Positions 46,939-56,414 are shown, numbered from the stretch's first letter. The stretch: 64,000 bases of DNA from an uncultured Verrucomicrobiae bacterium (GCA_963755455.1 CAVWJH010000004.1:204948-268947); one strand, 5' to 3'. The notes: a model not told the origin generated them from the letters alone. Program-made: numbers and translations.

Positions 46939-48245
46939 ACAGCTTCATTTTAATCGCGTTGAAAATCCTGGCCGTGCTCGCGCTCGTGCTGTTGAACGGA
47001 TTTTTCGTGGCGGCGGAATTCTCGCTCGTGCGAATCCGCGAAACGCAGCTCGAAACGCTTGTCGCCAAAAACTGGCGGCGCGCGAAGATGGCGCGGCACA
47101 TCGTCCGTCATCTCAATTCTTATTTGAGCGCGACGCAGCTCGGCATCACGATGGTCAGCCTTGGCCTCGGCTATCTGGGCGAGCCGATTTTTTCTTCGCT
47201 GCTTGGGCCGGTTTTTAATCTGTTCGGCCTGGAATCCACAGAATGGATAAAAACAATTTCGCTCGTCGTCGGCTTCAGCGTGCTGACATTTTTGAGCGTC
47301 GTCGCGGGCGAACTCGCGCCGAAATGGCTGACGATCCAGAAGCCTTTGCCCATTGCGCTGTGGTCGGCGTATCCGCTGCACTGGTTTTACATCGCGCTGT
47401 ATCCGTTCAACCGGCTGCTCAATCACGCCGCGCGGTTTCTTCTGGAACAAATCGGCATCTCGCCCGACGACAAGGCGGATGGCGCGCATTCCGAGGAGGA
47501 ATTGCGCCTCGTGCTCGCGTCCACGCAAAACACGGCGGGCGGGCGCAACATTGTCATGAACGCGCTCGACCTGCGCCATCGCGTCGTGCGCGAAATCATG
47601 CGCCCGCGAAATGAAATCACCGCGCTCAACGACGAGGCGAGCTTTGCAGAATGCCTGGAAATCGCGGAGAAGACGCGCTACTCGCGCTTTCCGATCTGCG
47701 ACGGCGGCGACCTGGACAAAACGCTCGGCGTCGTCCACATCAAGGACATTTATCCGCTGCGGCAAAAGGCGCAATCGGCGGCGGACTTGCTGTTCGTCGC
47801 GCGAAAATTGATTTTTGTTCCCGAAACCGCGCGGCTGGAGAAATTGTTGCAATTGTTTCTGGAGCGGAAATTGCATTTTGCCATTGTCGTGGACGAATTT
47901 GGCGGAACGCTCGGAATCGTCACGCTCGAAAACGCGCTGGAAACGCTCGTCGGCCAGATTCAGGACGAGTTTGATTCGGAAAAATCAGATTTGGTTCGGC
48001 TCGGCGAAAATATATGGGAAGCCGCCGGCACTTTGGCGCTGCACGATCTGGAAAAAATCACCGGCGAAGTGGCGCACGACGAAAATGTGACGACCGCGAG
48101 CGGCTGGCTGACGGAAAAGCTCGGAGGCTTTCCGAAGGCCGGCGATTTGCTGACGGTTGGAAATTTTGAATTGCGCGTGGAGGAAATGGACGGCCCGCGC
48201 GTGGCGCGGCTGAAAATAATGAAAGGCACGTCAAAAAACCAATAG
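46935..48245 (+). CDS. CNNM/HlyC-CorC family transporter, paralog 3
   Basis: The GTG at 46935 overlaps the paralog 2 stop (GTGA). NGFFVAAEFSLVRIR...QLGITMVSLGLG, a CBS pair, then WEAAGTLALHDL...GWL...VEEMDGPRVARLKI. Confidence 0.8.
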   Translation: MNSFILIALKILAVLALVLLNGFFVAAEFSLVRIRETQLETLVAKNWRRAKMARHIVRHLNSYLSATQLGITMVSLGLGYLGEPIFSSLLGPVFNLFGLESTEWIKTISLVVGFSVLTFLSVVAGELAPKWLTIQKPLPIALWSAYPLHWFYIALYPFNRLLNHAARFLLEQIGISPDDKADGAHSEEELRLVLASTQNTAGGRNIVMNALDLRHRVVREIMRPRNEITALNDEASFAECLEIAEKTRYSRFPICDGGDLDKTLGVVHIKDIYPLRQKAQSAADLLFVARKLIFVPETARLEKLLQLFLERKLHFAIVVDEFGGTLGIVTLENALETLVGQIQDEFDSEKSDLVRLGENIWEAAGTLALHDLEKITGEVAHDENVTTASGWLTEKLGGFPKAGDLLTVGNFELRVEEMDGPRVARLKIMKGTSKNQ

Positions 48246-48358
48246 GTAAACGTAGAAATTAGTGGCCAAACATAAATTTAATTACCATCAGAAATTAAAT
48301 TAAACATTTTGAGAAGTCCCACGAATAGGCAATTTTAGGAATGGTAGTCGTCATTAGA

Positions 48359-49258
48359 TTATTTCTCCCGCTTCAATAAAAATTCCGCCAGCGCTTCAAG
48401 CGCAACCGCCTTGCCTTTGAAAATTTTCAGCGCGGCAAACGCCCTGGCCGTCAGTTGCGCCGCGATCTGCCGCGATTTTTCCAGCCCGACAATCGCCGGG
48501 TAGGTCGCCTTTTGGACGGCCACGTCCTTGCCCGCCGTCTTGCCGAGCTGCTCGCTGGTCTGCGTCACGTCCAGGATGTCGTCAATCACCTGGAACGCGA
48601 GGCCGACGTGATGGCCGAAATCCGTGAGCGCGCGGAGTTGCGCGGGCGTGCAGTTCGCGCTCATGCCGCCGAGCCGCACGGAACAGCACAGCAGCGCGGA
48701 GGTCTTGCGCTCGTGGATGAATTTCAATTCGGCGATGGAAAGTTTTTTGCCTTCGCCTTCCAAATCGGCAACTTGCCCGGCAATCAATTGCAGCGAGCCG
48801 GATGCTTTGGCGATTTCCAGAATGATTTGGTCGTGCGGATAGCGCGGAAATTTTTTGCATTGCGCGGCGATCTCAAACGCCTGCGTCAGCAGCGCGTCGC
48901 CGGCGAGCACGGCGACGCCTTCGCCGAAGACTTTGTGGCTGGTCGGCTTGCCGCGGCGGAAATCGTCGTTGTCCATCGCCGGCAAATCGTCGTGGATGAG
49001 CGAATAAGTGTGGATGCACTCGACGGCACAGGCGAGCGGAATGGCGTCGGCTTCCTTGCCGCCGCATGCCGCCGCCGCCGCGAGCAGCACGGCGGGGCGC
49101 ATCCGCTTGCCACCGGCAAAAAGCGAGTAGCGCATCGCCTTGTGAATCGTGGCGGGTTTGGTTTTTTCGCGGGGCAGGAATTTATCGAGCGCGCGGTTGA
49201 CGGTTTCGGTGCGCGTGGCGAGGAACTGGTTCAAATCGAATTTGGTTTTCGCGGGCAT
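48359..49258 (-). CDS. Polyprenyl (farnesyl/geranylgeranyl) diphosphate synthase
   Basis: GGKRMRP, the first DDxxD IHTYSLIHDDLPAMDNDDFRRGKPT, and the second GLAFQVIDDILD. The ATG at 49258 is the plausible start. The ORF-track N-terminal extension is antisense to rpoZ. Confidence 0.85.
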   Translation of the reverse strand: MPAKTKFDLNQFLATRTETVNRALDKFLPREKTKPATIHKAMRYSLFAGGKRMRPAVLLAAAAACGGKEADAIPLACAVECIHTYSLIHDDLPAMDNDDFRRGKPTSHKVFGEGVAVLAGDALLTQAFEIAAQCKKFPRYPHDQIILEIAKASGSLQLIAGQVADLEGEGKKLSIAELKFIHERKTSALLCCSVRLGGMSANCTPAQLRALTDFGHHVGLAFQVIDDILDVTQTSEQLGKTAGKDVAVQKATYPAIVGLEKSRQIAAQLTARAFAALKIFKGKAVALEALAEFLLKREK

Positions 49259-49369
49259 AAAATTAAACCCAGAAAATGCCCGAAAGCAGGGCAAGTTTGA
49301 AGGGAATTTTTGTTGTTGCCTTCGCGCGTGCAACACATAAACTATGCGGCTTGATTTGAACAGAAAAAC

Positions 49370-49624
49370 ATGAACGCTGAACTCTGCAAAAAAGCCAATG
49401 AAAAAGTTGGCAACCCGAATGTCCTCGTGAACCTCGTGTCGCGGCGCGTGCGCCAGTTGAATTCCGGCGGCGGCGGCTTGAGCCGTCCGCTGATTGACAA
49501 CGTGGGCAACCTCGGCGCGGCGGATATCGCGTTGCGGGAAATCATCGAGGACAAAATCGGCTGGGATATGCCGGAGATCGTCGCCCTGACCCGCCCGCAG
49601 GCCAAGAAGCGCAAGAAACGGTAA
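49370..49624 (+). CDS. rpoZ: DNA-directed RNA polymerase subunit omega
   Basis: 84 aa. NPNVLVNLVSRRVRQL......ADIALREI matches the RpoZ-like pattern in this kind of genome. Confidence 0.65.
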   Translation: MNAELCKKANEKVGNPNVLVNLVSRRVRQLNSGGGGLSRPLIDNVGNLGAADIALREIIEDKIGWDMPEIVALTRPQAKKRKKR

Positions 49625-49665
49625 AAAAACCATCCGCAGATTGCGAAGGTTTACGCAGATTCAAA

Positions 49666-49692
49666 AGCCCGCTTCACGGCGGGTTTTTATTT
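49666..49692 (+). terminator. Rho-independent terminator downstream of rpoZ
   Basis: AGCCCGC-TTCAC-GGCGGGT stem-loop followed by TTTTTATTT. It is embedded between inverted CGCAGAT-type repeat arms. Confidence 0.55.
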
Positions 49693-49753
49693 CATCTGTC
49701 GCGCGCCATTTTTTATCTGTGAAATCTGCGTAATCTGCGCATAGACTTGAATC

Positions 49754-50209
49754 ATGGCCGACATCGTGACCAACCACAAAGCCCGGCGCGATTACCACAT
49801 CCTCGAAACCTTCGAGGCGGGCATCGTGCTGCACGGCACGGAGGTCAAGGCGTTGCGCGCGGGCAAGGGGCAGATCGCCGACGCCTTTGCGCGCGTCGAG
49901 AAGGACGAAGTCTGGCTGCACAACGCGCACATTGACGAATACTCGCACGGCAATCTCCAGAACCACGTTCCCAAAGCGTCGAGAAAATTGCTGCTCCACA
50001 AATCCGAAATCCGTAAATTATTCGGGCTGATCGCGGTCAAGGGCAATGCGCTGATCCCGCTTTCGTTTTACTGGAAGAACGGAAAAGTGAAGGTCGCGCT
50101 CGGCGTCGGCAAGGGCAAGCACGAATTCGACCGGCGCGACGACATCAAGAAGCGCGACTCCGACCGTGAACTCAAACGCGCGACGATGAAATTCTCCAAA
50201 GGAAGGTAA
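49754..50209 (+). CDS. smpB: SsrA-binding protein SmpB
   Basis: NHKARRDYHILETFEAGIVLHGTEVKALR.GK..I.DAFA......WLHNAHI..Y.....N.....RKLLLHK.EI. Confidence 0.9.
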   Translation: MADIVTNHKARRDYHILETFEAGIVLHGTEVKALRAGKGQIADAFARVEKDEVWLHNAHIDEYSHGNLQNHVPKASRKLLLHKSEIRKLFGLIAVKGNALIPLSFYWKNGKVKVALGVGKGKHEFDRRDDIKKRDSDRELKRATMKFSKGR

Positions 50210-50212
50210 AAT

Positions 50213-51079
50213 TTGGAAAATTCGATCCGAAAAAGAGAATTCGTGAAATCGCCGCCGCCGCTTTCAAATGCGGAGTCGAACTCGAAACTGGCGGCGTGGA
50301 CTTATTGGCTGGTCAACGCATTGCTCGCGGCGGCATTTGCGCTCGTGCTCGCGGCCATTCTTGTGCCGTCGCTGCATTTTCCAGGCAATTCCAGCGCGCC
50401 GGAAGCCGTGCTGCTTTTGACGGCGACAGCCGGCACGATTCTTTCGCTGGAACGGCAACTGCCGCTGCAAAATGTTTTGCTCGCATCGTCTGTCATCGCG
50501 CTCATCGGCGGCGCAATATCGGCAATCGGCGCAACCGGCGGAATTCCATTCGGCCCGTTCACGTTCACCGGCGAACTCGGCCCGGAACTTTTCAAAACGC
50601 TTCCGTGGGCGATGCCATTGATCTGGGTTGTCGTTGTTTTGAACTCGCGCGGCGCGGCGCGGCTGATTTTGCGTCCATGGCGGAAGATAAAAACCTACGG
50701 CTTCTGGCTCATCGGCTTGACGGCGGTGCTGACGATGCTGTTCGCCCTTGCGTTCGACCCGTTCGCATCGCGTGTGAAACATTACTGGTTCTGGACGCTG
50801 ATGAAATTTCCGCTGACTTGGCAGGGCACGCCGCTCGTGAATTTTTTAAGCTGGGGAATCGTGACGCTGTTGATCCTCGCGTTCGTCACGCCCGCGCTCA
50901 TCAACAAACAATTGAGCAGGCCCAGCACGCCGGATTTTCATCCGCTGTGTGTCTGGCTCGGAGGCATTTTGATTTTTGGAATCGCGTGCGCACGGAACGG
51001 ACTCTGGCTCGCGGTCGTCGTTGATACGGCGATTGGAATTATCACAATTGTATTCGCCATTCGCGGGGCGCGGTGGTGA
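50213..51079 (+). CDS. Polytopic membrane protein, possibly DUF422 (carotenoid biosynthesis protein family)
   Basis: GATGGIPFGPFTFTGELGPELF..LPWAMPLIWVV resembles the DUF422 core. TTG start inferred. Confidence 0.45.
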   Translation: MENSIRKREFVKSPPPLSNAESNSKLAAWTYWLVNALLAAAFALVLAAILVPSLHFPGNSSAPEAVLLLTATAGTILSLERQLPLQNVLLASSVIALIGGAISAIGATGGIPFGPFTFTGELGPELFKTLPWAMPLIWVVVVLNSRGAARLILRPWRKIKTYGFWLIGLTAVLTMLFALAFDPFASRVKHYWFWTLMKFPLTWQGTPLVNFLSWGIVTLLILAFVTPALINKQLSRPSTPDFHPLCVWLGGILIFGIACARNGLWLAVVVDTAIGIITIVFAIRGARW

Positions 51080-51227
51080 AATTTATTTTTGAAAGTGTTG
51101 TGCGTGCGTATTAGGCATTTCTGATTTGGAAAGACGTCTTTGGTAGAGGATGCTAGCCCCGCCGTTAAATTGCTGTTTGCAGCAAATCTTTTCCATGATA
51201 TTTTTGGTGACTGTTCATTATTTTGCC

Positions 51228-52070
51228 ATGAAGAAATTCTTATTGTTTGCGGTTACAGCGGCGGTCTTGCTGTCCGGCCTGAACGGATTTGCCGACGGGA
51301 CCAACGCCGTCATCACCGACCTCACCGCGCTGGTCTCCAAAGTCAACGCGGAGATTAAGAAAGGCGGGACGACGGAAAAGGATTATGCGGACGAACTGAA
51401 GGACTTCGACGTTTTATACGCCAAATACAAACACCTCAAGACGGAGGACGTGGCGCAGATTCTGATGATGAAAGCCCAGTTATACCTTCAGGTGATAAAC
51501 GCGCCCATCGGCGATCCTGAAAAAGCGGCGGAAGCGCTCCAGCAAATCAAGCGCGACTTGCCCGAAACGGAATCCGGCAAAAGGGTGGACGCAATCCTCG
51601 ATTCGCTGAAAGGGCCGATCGAGGCGGAACGGATCCGGGACACGCTCGTCGTGGGCGCGAAATTTCCGGGCTTCGACGAGAAGGACGTGGCGGGCAAGCC
51701 GCTTTCGCTCTCCAGTTACAAGGGCAAGGTCGTGCTGGTTGATTTCTGGGCGACATGGTGCGGGCCGTGCGTGGCGGAACTGCCCAATGTCATCGCCACC
51801 TATCAAAAATATCACGACAAGGGATTCGATATCATCGGCGTGAGCCTGGATACTGACCAGGCGACGCTCGAAAGATTCCTCAAGGAGAACAACATTTCAT
51901 GGCAGCAGTTTTACGACGGGAAAAAGTGGGACAACAAACTGGCTGTGAAATATGGCGTGAACGCCACGCCCACCGACTACCTGCTGGACGGCGACGGCAA
52001 AATCATCGGCATGAACCTGCGCGGCCCGGACTTGGAAGCCGCCGTCGCCAAGGCCCTGGCCAAAAAATAA
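51228..52070 (+). CDS. TlpA-family thiol:disulfide oxidoreductase (thioredoxin fold) with an N-terminal helical domain
   Basis: Signal peptide MKKFLLFAVTAAVLL. GKVVLVDFWATWCGPCVAELP...GFDIIGVSLD...YGVNATPTDYLLDGDGKI. Confidence 0.8.
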   Translation: MKKFLLFAVTAAVLLSGLNGFADGTNAVITDLTALVSKVNAEIKKGGTTEKDYADELKDFDVLYAKYKHLKTEDVAQILMMKAQLYLQVINAPIGDPEKAAEALQQIKRDLPETESGKRVDAILDSLKGPIEAERIRDTLVVGAKFPGFDEKDVAGKPLSLSSYKGKVVLVDFWATWCGPCVAELPNVIATYQKYHDKGFDIIGVSLDTDQATLERFLKENNISWQQFYDGKKWDNKLAVKYGVNATPTDYLLDGDGKIIGMNLRGPDLEAAVAKALAKK

Positions 52071-52254
52071 ACTTCGCGGCGCAAAATCGCGCCCGGCTGC
52101 TTCATCATTTCGCCGGGCGCGGGGTTCATCGCGTCCGCCAAAATTTGCGTTCGGATGCAGCAGACCCGGCATGACGGCTTCGGGCACGCGCTTTTCACGA
52201 CGAATCCGGAAAATAATCTGTTCGCTTTTCGCGCCGGTGTAAATATACCTGTAA

Positions 52255-53868
52255 ATGATGAGCGATGACGCGACGCTGCTGCGGGAATATGCCGGGCGCA
52301 ATTCCGAGGAGGCATTCTCCGCGCTCGCGTCCCGCCACGTCAACCTGGTTTATTCCGTCGCCCTGCGCCGCGTCCGCGACCCGCATCTGGCGGAAGAAAT
52401 CACGCAGGCGGTTTTCATCATTCTGACGCGCAAGGCGAAATCACTTGGCGACAAAACCATTTTGCCCGGCTGGCTTTGCCGCACGGCGCGGTATATTTCC
52501 GCCAACGCATTGACAATCCAGCGCCGCCGCCGGCACCGCGAACAGGAGGCTTATATGCAATCCATTTTGAACAGTGGCGGCGACGCCCCGTCGCAACCAG
52601 TTGACGAAGAAATTTGGAATCAAATCGCGCCGTTGCTGGACGACGCGCTGTCGCAACTCGGACAAAAAGATCACGACGCCATTGTGCTGCGATTTTTTGA
52701 AAACAAAACTCTCGGCGAAGTCGGCGCGGCCATCGGCGCGAGCGAGGACACGGCGCGGATGCGGGTCAACCGCGCGCTGGAAAAATTGCGGAAAATTTTC
52801 ACGAAGCGCGGCGTTGTTTCCACGACCGCAATCATCGCCGGGGCGATTTCCACCAATTCCGTTCAAGCCGCGCCGGTTGGACTGGCGAAAACAATTTCCG
52901 CCGTTGCAATTGCCAAAGGCGCGGCGGCTTCAACTTCAACCTTAACCCTCATCAAAGGAGCATTGAAAATTATGGCATGGACAAAAGCAAAAATGGCAAT
53001 CGTCGTCGGTGTGGGCGTTTTGCTCGCAGTCGGAACCACAACCGTCACCGTCAAAGAATATCAGGAGCACCGGACTTATCCGTGGCAACTTCCCAATTTC
53101 GTTTACAAAGCTGACAACTCACGTGTCGTTGCCCCAAGCGTTATAGAGAAAACACCACCTCAAGTTCGGATTGTGCCGACCATTCATCCTCGAGGCGTAA
53201 ATGGCTTTCCCTTTTCGGAGGGGGATTCTGCGGATTGGATCGGTGGAAAATGGCTGGTTCACACCAATCAATCGAAAAGCATCGGGCTTGGTGCCACCCT
53301 GGACGAAATGATTCAGACTGCATACGGCAGTGAACGCCGGAACACGATTTATTTAACGCAACTGCCCACCGGCCGATATGATTACATCGCAAATTTGCCT
53401 CATGGCGCGTTTCAAGTCTTGCAAGAACAGATTAAAAAGAAATTTCGTGTGATCGGAAGGTGGCAGCCTGTGGAAACAAATGTCCTCTTGCTCAAACTCG
53501 CAAATCCAGACGCTCGGGCATTCAAGCCGGCCGGCAGTCTGATGCGCAGCATGGACATTACGAATATAGAACCCCGTTTCGTGTCGGTTTACGGCGGCGC
53601 AGTCGTTGGCGATGCGTATTTAAATCAGACCATGGCTCATTTTATAGAGGGGCTGCAGGGCACCTTTCAACTTCCAATTGTTGATGACACCGGAATCACA
53701 AACCAGTTCGATTGCATTTACAAAGCCCCGCAATGGAATCGCAGTTGGACTGGCAACCCCGATGCTCCCAAACAAGCCACAAGAGATGCTTTATACAATC
53801 AGCTTGGTTTGGAACTGGTTCCCGGCACCGCGCCGGTTGAATTTTTCGTGGTCGAAAAGTCAAAATAA
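52255..53868 (+). CDS. ECF-type sigma-70 factor fused to a TM helix and a TIGR03435-like extracytoplasmic domain
   Basis: Region 2 (LVYSVALRRVRDPHLAEEITQAVFI) and region 4 (AIVLRFFENKTLGEVGAAIGASEDTARMRVNRALEKLR). These are followed by a hydrophobic helix and a tail ending LYNQLGLELVPGTAPVEFFVVEK. Confidence 0.7.
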   Translation: MMSDDATLLREYAGRNSEEAFSALASRHVNLVYSVALRRVRDPHLAEEITQAVFIILTRKAKSLGDKTILPGWLCRTARYISANALTIQRRRRHREQEAYMQSILNSGGDAPSQPVDEEIWNQIAPLLDDALSQLGQKDHDAIVLRFFENKTLGEVGAAIGASEDTARMRVNRALEKLRKIFTKRGVVSTTAIIAGAISTNSVQAAPVGLAKTISAVAIAKGAAASTSTLTLIKGALKIMAWTKAKMAIVVGVGVLLAVGTTTVTVKEYQEHRTYPWQLPNFVYKADNSRVVAPSVIEKTPPQVRIVPTIHPRGVNGFPFSEGDSADWIGGKWLVHTNQSKSIGLGATLDEMIQTAYGSERRNTIYLTQLPTGRYDYIANLPHGAFQVLQEQIKKKFRVIGRWQPVETNVLLLKLANPDARAFKPAGSLMRSMDITNIEPRFVSVYGGAVVGDAYLNQTMAHFIEGLQGTFQLPIVDDTGITNQFDCIYKAPQWNRSWTGNPDAPKQATRDALYNQLGLELVPGTAPVEFFVVEKSK

Positions 53869-53871
53869 ACC

Positions 53872-53948
53872 GTAGCAGCCGACGTGAGGAGGCTCTGACT
53901 TTCTTCCTTTTCACTTTTCAATTTGAGCCTCGTCACCTCGGCTGCTAC
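53872..53948. repeat. Hairpin repeat family A, inverted orientation, just after the sigma-fusion gene stop
   Basis: GTAGCAGCCGACGTGAGGAGGCTC ... GAGCCTCGTCACCTCGGCTGCTAC. Confidence 0.8.
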
Positions 53949-54063
53949 GAAACCAAAGCACTCGAAGATTCTGACCGAGATGTCCGTCGTCAAGCTGCCG
54001 CCGCGCTCAAACGCATCAATTCTGGAACTTTCGTAGAATAAATCCAATTGCACAAAATAATTC

Positions 54064-54868
54064 TTATGTGCTCGCGCTCGTGTAGCGGCTCAACGAAAAA
54101 CGCCAGAACCATTCCGAAATTGCCGCCCAAACAATTCCGAGGCGCGAGCAGCAGCAGCCACATCGACGGCGAAGTCAGCTTGTCCGCCAGCACGCGCACC
54201 GGCACGTTGCTCACCAGCAGCATCGGCAGCGCGAACGTGAACACCGCCTTGAACGCGCCGCTTGAAACGCCTCGTCCGGCATCCGCGCGATGTTGAACAG
54301 ATTGTAGTAGCCATAAACAATTCCCTGCGCCCGCACCGTCCAGAAACTGATCGCCGCCAGCATGAACATCAGCGAGTAATGGATCAAAATTCCCGCGACG
54401 CACAGCCCGGCGAAACCGGCCAGTTGCCCGAACGATCGGATGCAAATTTAATTTCACCGCCGCAATAAACCATCACGCACACGGCGAAAAGCGCGTTGAC
54501 AAACGCGCCCAAATCCACCTGCCGCGTGCGAGACGATGAAGCGCGTGTTGACCGGCAGCGCCAGCAGGAAATCCATCTTGCCCGTGCGGACGAGTTCCGA
54601 AAGGCCCGTGCAGTTCGTCAGGAAAAACGCCTGGTAGATTTGCTGGATGAAATTGCTCGCGCCGACCAGCAGCACCATCTGCCATTTCGTCCACGTGCCG
54701 ACGGAATTCGTCTGCGAATAAACGCACGCCGACAAAAGCCAGTTGCAAACCGAACCAGAGCAGCTCGACGACGATCCACAAGATGAAATTGCCCTTGAAC
54801 GACATCTCGCGCGCGACGGAATTTTTCCACAGCGCGGCGTAAATGGTGAGGTAGCGTTTCAGGTTCAT
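54064..54868 (-). pseudogene. ABC-2 type transporter permease (DUF990-like) with at least two frame breaks
   Basis: MNLKRYLTIYAALWKNSVAREMSFKGNFILWIVVELLWFGLQ is the N-terminus. The middle (GKMDFLLALPVNTRF) and the C-terminal parts (FALPMLLVSNVPVRVL, tail LSRYTSAST-stop at 54064) are in other frames. Confidence 0.55.
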
Positions 54869-55027
54869 CGTGCCGCGTCAATTTAACACGACAAAAAATC
54901 GAGGCAAGGCCACCGAGTCGAGAACTTTTTGGGAATTTTCAATCCAATACGTTCAGCGCCGTAGGCGCGGAATCTTTGTAGAAACCGGAGCCAATCAAAT
55001 CCCAAGCCCCGTCGGGGCGGCATATCC

Positions 55028-55108
55028 GGTGGGGCGAGGCTGCTGACGAGCCGGGGCTTGCACGCGGACGCCATTTTATTTTCGGCCCGCGAGGACGCTC
55101 GCCCCACC
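55028..55108. repeat. Palindromic repeat family E (GGTGGGGCGAGCGTCCTCGCGGGCCG type)
   Basis: GGTGGGGCGAGGCTGCTGACGAGCCGGGG ... CGGCCCGCGAGGACGCTCGCCCCACC. Confidence 0.7.
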
Positions 55109-55386
55109 TAATTTGCGGATGATGTCGCTCCTAAACGGAGCTTGGGCAATGTTTTTCGTTTGTGGTCTGTCTATAACGATTCCGCACCTACGGTGCTTGG
55201 AAAAACAAAGTCGAGATTGCCAAACAAATGAAAATTCCGCCACTTCACGCTTCGACGGCTTCCATGTCCGTCAATTCACCGGCGAATTCCAGGCAGGCGC
55301 GGATGTCGGGCTGAATACGCCCGATTCAAAACCGAGTCGGGAATTTTTTGACGGCAACATCAACTTTGTTCCGCATATTTGTCGTT

Positions 55387-55444
55387 GGTAGGGCGGTGCT
55401 GCCGCGCCGCCCAAATATGGGCTGACCGGCAGGTCAGCCCTACC
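55387..55444. repeat. Repeat family C, intergenic copy
   Basis: GGTAGGGCGGTGCTGCCGCGCCGCCC AAATAT GGGCTGACCGGCAGGTCAGCCCTACC. It shares both sub-hairpin types with the other two copies. Confidence 0.8.
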
Positions 55445-55930
55445 GTCATTTGCTTCACCACCAAGACATCGAAATCAAAACTTGCTGTCTTCGTGCCTTG
55501 GTGGTTGAAAATTCAAGGCCAATGCGCCAGAGGACTGGCGCACTACAAGACGCTTCGCGCAATCCGGTTGCCATCTAAAGAGCGCGCCAGCGTCTTGGAC
55601 TGCGGCGGCCCTCCGCCGCTCTTCCCCCGGGTGCATCTGGACATTGTTCTTATTTCTGAACCAGTAGCGCAGATTTGCAATCTGCTGTATCGCGGATTTT
55701 CAATCCGCAAGGCGTCGGCGGTTCAATGGGCTTGGGCTTGGCGGCGCGCTGCCGAATGCAATTCGGCGATACGGCAGATTTCAAATCTGCGCTACCTCTG
55801 CTGGCCGCAAGAACAGTGTCCAGATGCACCCTCTTCCCCAAGAAGCCGGAAAACCCCGCCGGACGGCAAATATCCCTTAAATCGCTCATTTTGAACCCAT
55901 ACGAGCCGTTCCAGCCCATTTTTGTCGGCC

Positions 55931-56414
55931 TAAAAACTGCCGTCGAACCGTTCGACGGGTATCAAAAACTTATTTTAGGTGGCGTCGAACAGCCCGGCCT
56001 CCCCTAAAAACTCTTTTTGAGAGGCGTCGAAGGCTTCGACAGTGTTCCGAGGCTTCCAAAAAAGCCGTCGAACGCTTCGATGGGTCTAAAAAACTTATTT
56101 TGGAAGGCATCGAAGGCGTCGAACAAGCCCCAAAACTCCTTAAAATAGCCATCGAACGGTTCGACGGGTATCAAAAACTTATTTTGGAAGGCGTCGAACG
56201 GTCCGAGCAAGTCCCGAGGCTCCCCAAAAAGCCATCGAACGGCTCGACGGGTCTGAAAAACTTATTTTGGGAGGCATCGAACGGTTCGACGGGGTTGAAA
56301 ATATCCTTTTGAAAGGTGTCGAACAGCCCGGTCTCATATAAAAACTCTTTTTCATGGCCGTCGAATGCTTCGACGTGCTCAAAAAACTTGTTTCAGGAGG
56401 CGTTGGACGGCGGT
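55931..56414. repeat. Tandem array of a unit of about 42 bp (about 11 copies) with a dyad-symmetric GC core and an A/T spacer
   Basis: Units such as GCCGTCGAACGGTTCGACGGGTATCAAAAACTTATTTTGGAAG. Palindromic cores include CGTCGAACCGTTCGACG (55941-55957) and GTCGAAGGCTTCGAC (56026-56040). Stops occur in every frame. Confidence 0.85.

Noticed and set aside
49259-49633. The N-terminal extension of the polyprenyl synthase ORF (424 aa).
   Set aside because: The extension is antisense to rpoZ and has no similarity to the family. The ATG at 49258 gives a normal-length enzyme of about 299 aa.
49625-49753. tmRNA (ssrA) or tRNA next to smpB, and tRNAs in other intergenic gaps (4390-4668, 5911-6012, 44587-44726, 48246-48358, 61195-61319).
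   Set aside because: I could not find acceptor or T-arm-like structure (GTTCGAATC-type loops, a CCA-proximal stem) by eye. The 49.6-kb gap is a terminator flanked by CGCAGAT-type repeat arms. A covariance-model scan would be needed to exclude them formally.
55379-55894. A 171-aa ORF in the long gene-free region.
   Set aside because: It is built entirely from recognisable dispersed repeat motifs (family C and others). It has no start context and no domain.
55931-56414. Possible CRISPR array, given regularly spaced palindromic repeats.
   Set aside because: The 'spacers' (AAAAACTTATTTTGGAAG and variants) are themselves repeated, while the 'repeats' are degenerate. The unit of about 42 bp is too short for repeat plus spacer. 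No cas genes are nearby. It is a tandem satellite or binding-site array.
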